Of a stretch of DNA of 64,000 nt, positions 59,828-64,000 are shown in pieces. Under the pieces are notes generated by a model that was given only the letters and a program-made list of their open reading frames with translations, did not search any database and was not told the DNA's origin. The DNA lies in assembly GCA_016906335.1 (NCBI GenBank), contig JADEYG010000001.1, positions 1,674,001-1,738,000 of the forward strand, written 5' to 3'. This DNA comes from Novakomyces olei (taxonomy: Eukaryota). The first letter of the stretch is position 1. Each line of letters begins with the position of its first letter. The translations under genes were made by a program, and so were the position numbers.

Positions 59828-61344
59828 TTAAGAAACAAGGCCAGGATACTTTGCACGCAGGGAATCTATGATCAAATTATCCGCTGGAATCGAGCTTCTA
59901 ATGCCGTCCCAGAGCTCTTGGGCCAACACGCCCAATGTGTGGCTAGCATGCGTAGTGTTATCACTTACTGTGTTGAAATAGTGGCAGACCTTCCGTATTC
60001 GATCGTCTAAATTGAAATTTTTGCAGATCTGATGAGAGTGATAGTTCATCCGAATATGCATGAGAACACAGAGCGCATAAAACAAGATGATGAAATAATT
60101 TCTGGTGAATGCGAGTTGGTAACGCTGTCGGTTAGGAAAATCCTGCATGGCTAGAGCGATGAGACGCACTGCATGAGTGCACACAAAGTTCAGGTCCCGT
60201 TTAATATCAGTGAAACAATTGCGAAAGGGTCGAAAAAGTAAAAGCTGTGATAAATAATATGGTATTTCCACCATAAAGCCCATTTGCTGGGCAAAGAGGT
60301 ACTGCCATTCTTCACGCCACTGTTCCAAATCATTGTAATGCAAGCAATCGAAATTTTTTGCACTTAAATGCCGAAATAAAATGCTGTACAATGCCACTTC
60401 TGCAATAGTTCGGCCGTCTCGCGCAGTCGACAGAACGGAATTAAAAATACACAATCCGTAGTTTAAGTCATCATCAGGAATATTGCAAGGTCTACCAGAT
60501 GTCACTGAAGCCCTAATGTGTACAAGAACAAGTCTGTTCCAAGCACGAAACCGTTTCACAGCAACGCTCTGTTCCGGGATAGAAAGTGAAAATATATCGA
60601 CGACATTGCGTTCGCGAAGCCAATCGTTAGAAATACAGCAGTTTATGCCGTGGGCACTAATTAGCCATGAATCGATATTGACAGTGGGCATCTCGTATGG
60701 GCAAGATGAGAGAAGCACAAACATTAGCACTTGCTCAAATGACTGCTCCAAAGAAAAGACTGTTGCCCCCATCGACTCTATAATCTTTTTTTCCAAACGT
60801 TTGATATTGTCGCCGTCACGTATTTCCACGGGCAGGGATTGCATACCGATCCAGAGGCACAAATACAGGAGCAAGCTACTTGCTTCAAGTTCACGCCAAG
60901 TTACGCTGCTGATATCGCCCAGTAAATTTGAATTATACTCCTCAAAACTGAAGGTAAATAAAAACTTTTGTTAAAGCATAAATAATCCAAAGACAAACCT
61001 CTGCAAAGCATGAGCAATCAGGCTTTTGGAAAGACTCAAACCTGGAGCGAAGCCGATTTCCCGGATGCTCGATGATTTGTTTACCATAATAGACGAGGTG
61101 TTTAAATCCACAGCTGTACTATCTGTTAGACCATCCAACTATACTGAACCTACCCTTGTCCCTGATTGAAAGGCAAATTCAAGAACGAGCACGCAATTTC
61201 CTTTGTAGCGCACCTCCGGCATGTCATTTTAGTGGATTCCTCCATCCAAAGCCATTCACATTTTACTTTTGAGGCCTGACAAGCTTGGCATGCCGTGTTT
61301 GGTCGTCTTTTAAGTTTCGACTTTGAGATGCGTGAGCCAAACAT
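59828..61344 (-). CDS. Zn(II)2Cys6 transcription factor, multi-exon
   Basis: ACQACQASKVKC...CRRCATKEIAC binuclear cluster at 61150-61344, joined to a downstream fungal TF middle-homology-like region (RAWNRLVLVH...SGRPC). Confidence 0.8.
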
Positions 61345-61702
61345 CTTTGGGCATTGTTGCGCTAAGCTGCAACTCAATCAACAAGCTTAACAGAATGCCT
61401 CGTAAAATAATACTAAAGCTCGACGTAATGCAAATTCAGTCGCGCGTACTTTAAATTTAGTGTTCAACATTCAGGGTTAGTTAGGGTTAGGTTATCGTTC
61501 TCCCTCGCAAGCCGATATAATATAAACAGCTATTGTAATAGCGTAATAGCATTATAACACCAGTCAGGGTTAGTCAGGGTAAAGCCGAAAATGCGAAGGG
61601 CCGAAGTCCGAAACGTCGGTGAATTCGGTCCGATTTTACGTGTACACTATATTATAGACGTGGAGGCACAAAAGTACCAAGTCAGTCAAGGACAATTTAA
61701 TA

Positions 61703-62662
61703 ATGGGTTTCGTGTATTCTCAGCTGTTTGTAACGCCGCCATATCCTACGACCCTGTTTACAGGAAAGACCGTCATAGTCACCGGTTCAAATGTTGGTTT
61801 AGGAAAAGAAGCTGCACGCCATTTTGCGCGGCTGAAGGCATCTCGCGTGATTCTGGCTGTTCGCAATCTGAGTGCAGGAGAGGCGGCCAAAAAAGACATT
61901 GAGCAGTCTACTGACTGTGGCAGTGATATTGTGCAAGTCTGGCATCTTGATCTAGCCTCTTACGACTCTGTCAAGGCATTTGCGAAAAAGGTGCAAGACA
62001 AGCTTCCACGTCTGGATGCCGTGGTCGAGAACGCGGGAATTGCACCAACAAAATACGACGTAGCTGAAGGCCATGAGCGTACTATCACAGTGAACGTGAT
62101 TAGTACATTCCTGTTGGCTTTACTATTGATTCCTAAGCTTAAAGCGACAGCGTCTCAGTTCAATACTTTGCCACACTTGACAATTGTGTCTAGCGAAGTT
62201 CATGGCTGGGCCAAATTCCCTGAGCGCTCGGCCAAGAACATTTTCGCTGCTCTTGACAATAGAGATGCAGATATGGGAGACCGGTATCAGTTGAGTAAAT
62301 TGCTAGAAGTATTGGTTGTCCGGCAACTGACTCCCAAACTCGCCGGTACCGGAATTGTTTTGAACATGCTTAACCCTGGCTTATGCCACTCCCAACTCGC
62401 ACGCGATTTCACCGGTGTCACTTTACATGTTTTAAAGTTTTTCTTGGCTCGGACAACTGAGGTTGGAAGCCGAACACTAGTTGCTGCCGCCTCGGCTGGG
62501 CAAGAATCGAATGGGAAATACATGTGTGATAGCGTGGTTAAAGACGATAGTCTTTCAAACTTTGTTACTAGTGACGAAGGTAAAGACGTCTCCGTAAAGG
62601 TGTGGGACGAATTGCTTGAAATCTTAGAAAAGATTCAGCCGGGGATCAGTGAGTCGTACTAG
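61703..62662 (+). CDS. Short-chain dehydrogenase/reductase (retinol dehydrogenase/WWOX-like), intronless
   Basis: VTGSNVGLG, LDLASYDSV, ENAG, VSSEVH, YQLSK catalytic motif, NPGLCHS. Confidence 0.92.
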   Translation: MGFVYSQLFVTPPYPTTLFTGKTVIVTGSNVGLGKEAARHFARLKASRVILAVRNLSAGEAAKKDIEQSTDCGSDIVQVWHLDLASYDSVKAFAKKVQDKLPRLDAVVENAGIAPTKYDVAEGHERTITVNVISTFLLALLLIPKLKATASQFNTLPHLTIVSSEVHGWAKFPERSAKNIFAALDNRDADMGDRYQLSKLLEVLVVRQLTPKLAGTGIVLNMLNPGLCHSQLARDFTGVTLHVLKFFLARTTEVGSRTLVAAASAGQESNGKYMCDSVVKDDSLSNFVTSDEGKDVSVKVWDELLEILEKIQPGISESY

Positions 62663-62905
62663 ATATAAAGCTCGATGATTTATACATACATTCAGCGCTT
62701 TTGAATGTTGTAATTAGAGCTGGGATTAGAGTACAAGATTGTTAGAGCCTTTCCTTATTATACATACGATAATTATGTTTGAAAAGACCTTTTTAGTAGA
62801 AAAAAAAAATGTTGATATTGCCATTGCCAAAGTCAGTGTAACAGATACAATCATCGGCCTCTATCGATTATACTTTTCTTATTGTCTATTTTTGAACACG
62901 TTTAC

Positions 62906-64000
62906 TTATAAGGACAAATTTGGCTGTGTGTTTATGACTCGGAGCAGTGTGCGCATGTGATGCTTGCCCCCTCGGTTTGCACGATTGTAAAAAGGCACAA
63001 AGCGTAAATCGAATTTAGACGACCAAGTTCGTGGCTGGGTGGAAAATGGCTTAACGTTATCGAGCCCGAAAATAGGATCAGGCTTGCTAGGTAGCAGACT
63101 CCGTCCGCCACCTATAGCTCTGATAAAAATTATTCCAGTTTCCTCATCACGCTCGGTCGCAAGCTCTGAAGCAATATCAAGACCCGTCAGCCGGTAATCT
63201 TGGTCAGCGTCATCAGTCGGATTATCAACGTCTTCGATGCAATACACGAGAGGCCCGTAAGCGATACCAACCACGTTTTGACCAGTTTCAGCAGGCGGGT
63301 AAATCAGTCGTGGTCGCAACTCTAGTTCAATCGTAATGCTGCCCTGGGCATTGGCAATTTGCAGATAGCCACCATCGGGTAAAAGCGTTGCTTGAGACTC
63401 GGCGTTATCTATCTCCACACAAAACTTGTTTCGAGCCCACAGTGGGATTCTCACCCGTAGCTCAACGACACAATTTTCAACTTGCTGCTCAACATTGATC
63501 TCAACACGGCCCGAGTAAGGGTAATCCGATATGATGGATACATGCGCCAGACGTGTCCGTATGTCCATACTCGCAAACGCGTGAATACGAACAATGCTAT
63601 CATTTTCCTTTGTGTCCCAAAAGTATCCGGAAATAATGGCAAGGGTGCGCAGTAAATTGGGCGGGCAGCAGGCACACATGAACCAGGAATGCCGTTCACA
63701 GGGCTCTCCAGGCCCAGAAGCAAGAGGATTACAATAGCTGAAAGCTTGGCCAGAGCAATCATAACTGCCCAGCACTGTATTGTACAAGGCAAGTTCCAGT
63801 ATATCTCCATACTCACAGTGCTCTTGAATTTGGAAAAGTCGCTGTGCCACCATCAGTACACCAATACTAGCACAAGTCTCGGCGTAACATCCTCCTTCTG
63901 CGTTAGACTGGGGTAGGTAATAATCGAGGTGAAATCCCTCCCATTTCGATATCGAGCCAATGCCGCCGGTAACATACATCTTCTTCCCCACCATATTTCC
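62906..64000 (-). CDS. GH127 beta-L-arabinofuranosidase-like protein, 5'-truncated by the window edge
   Basis: MYVTGGIGS, YAETCASIG, ELALYN, YCNPL, CACCPPN, LRVRIP.W, GPLVYCIE, VPFY.RANRG. Confidence 0.88.
   Translation of the reverse strand, partial: GNMVGKKMYVTGGIGSISKWEGFHLDYYLPQSNAEGGCYAETCASIGVLMVAQRLFQIQEHCEYGDILELALYNTVLGSYDCSGQAFSYCNPLASGPGEPCERHSWFMCACCPPNLLRTLAIISGYFWDTKENDSIVRIHAFASMDIRTRLAHVSIISDYPYSGRVEINVEQQVENCVVELRVRIPLWARNKFCVEIDNAESQATLLPDGGYLQIANAQGSITIELELRPRLIYPPAETGQNVVGIAYGPLVYCIEDVDNPTDDADQDYRLTGLDIASELATERDEETGIIFIRAIGGGRSLLPSKPDPIFGLDNVKPFSTQPRTWSSKFDLRFVPFYNRANRGGKHHMRTLLRVINTQPNLSL

Overview
Eukaryotic, gene-dense fungal DNA, most consistent with a yeast-like ascomycete (inference). 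It has short GT-AG introns (36-70 nt are common) with CTAAY/CTGAC branch points, AT-rich intergenic tracts, and TATA boxes about 40-70 nt upstream of several ATGs. About 33 genes are supported, many of them spliced and so fragmented in the ORF track. The left part (1-25.4 kb) is mostly housekeeping: VPS27, eIF2B-gamma, glutamate decarboxylase, a Zn-dehydrogenase, a large Kex2-site secreted protein, cytochrome c heme lyase, dynactin p25, a Clp1 (clampless)-like ORF, a GH5 glucanase, mitochondrial MDH, SARAF-like, FUN14-like and carnitine acetyltransferase. The right part (25.9-64 kb) is accessory and metabolic. It contains (i) a six-gene oxidative catabolic block with two DszA/NtaA-type monooxygenases, a BVMO, an MDR reductase, a class III aminotransferase and a Dal5-like MFS; (ii) a SYLF protein, PDC and an NCS1 permease; (iii) an intronless, bacterial-looking island of three signal-less carbohydrate-active genes (beta-helix, thaumatin-like, GH128) plus a decayed nitronate monooxygenase; (iv) a cupin / AhpD-like / deaminase / MFS / Zn2Cys6 cluster with candidate CGG operator sites; and (v) an SDR and a partial GH127. 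All family calls come from motif recognition by eye, and no database searches were run.
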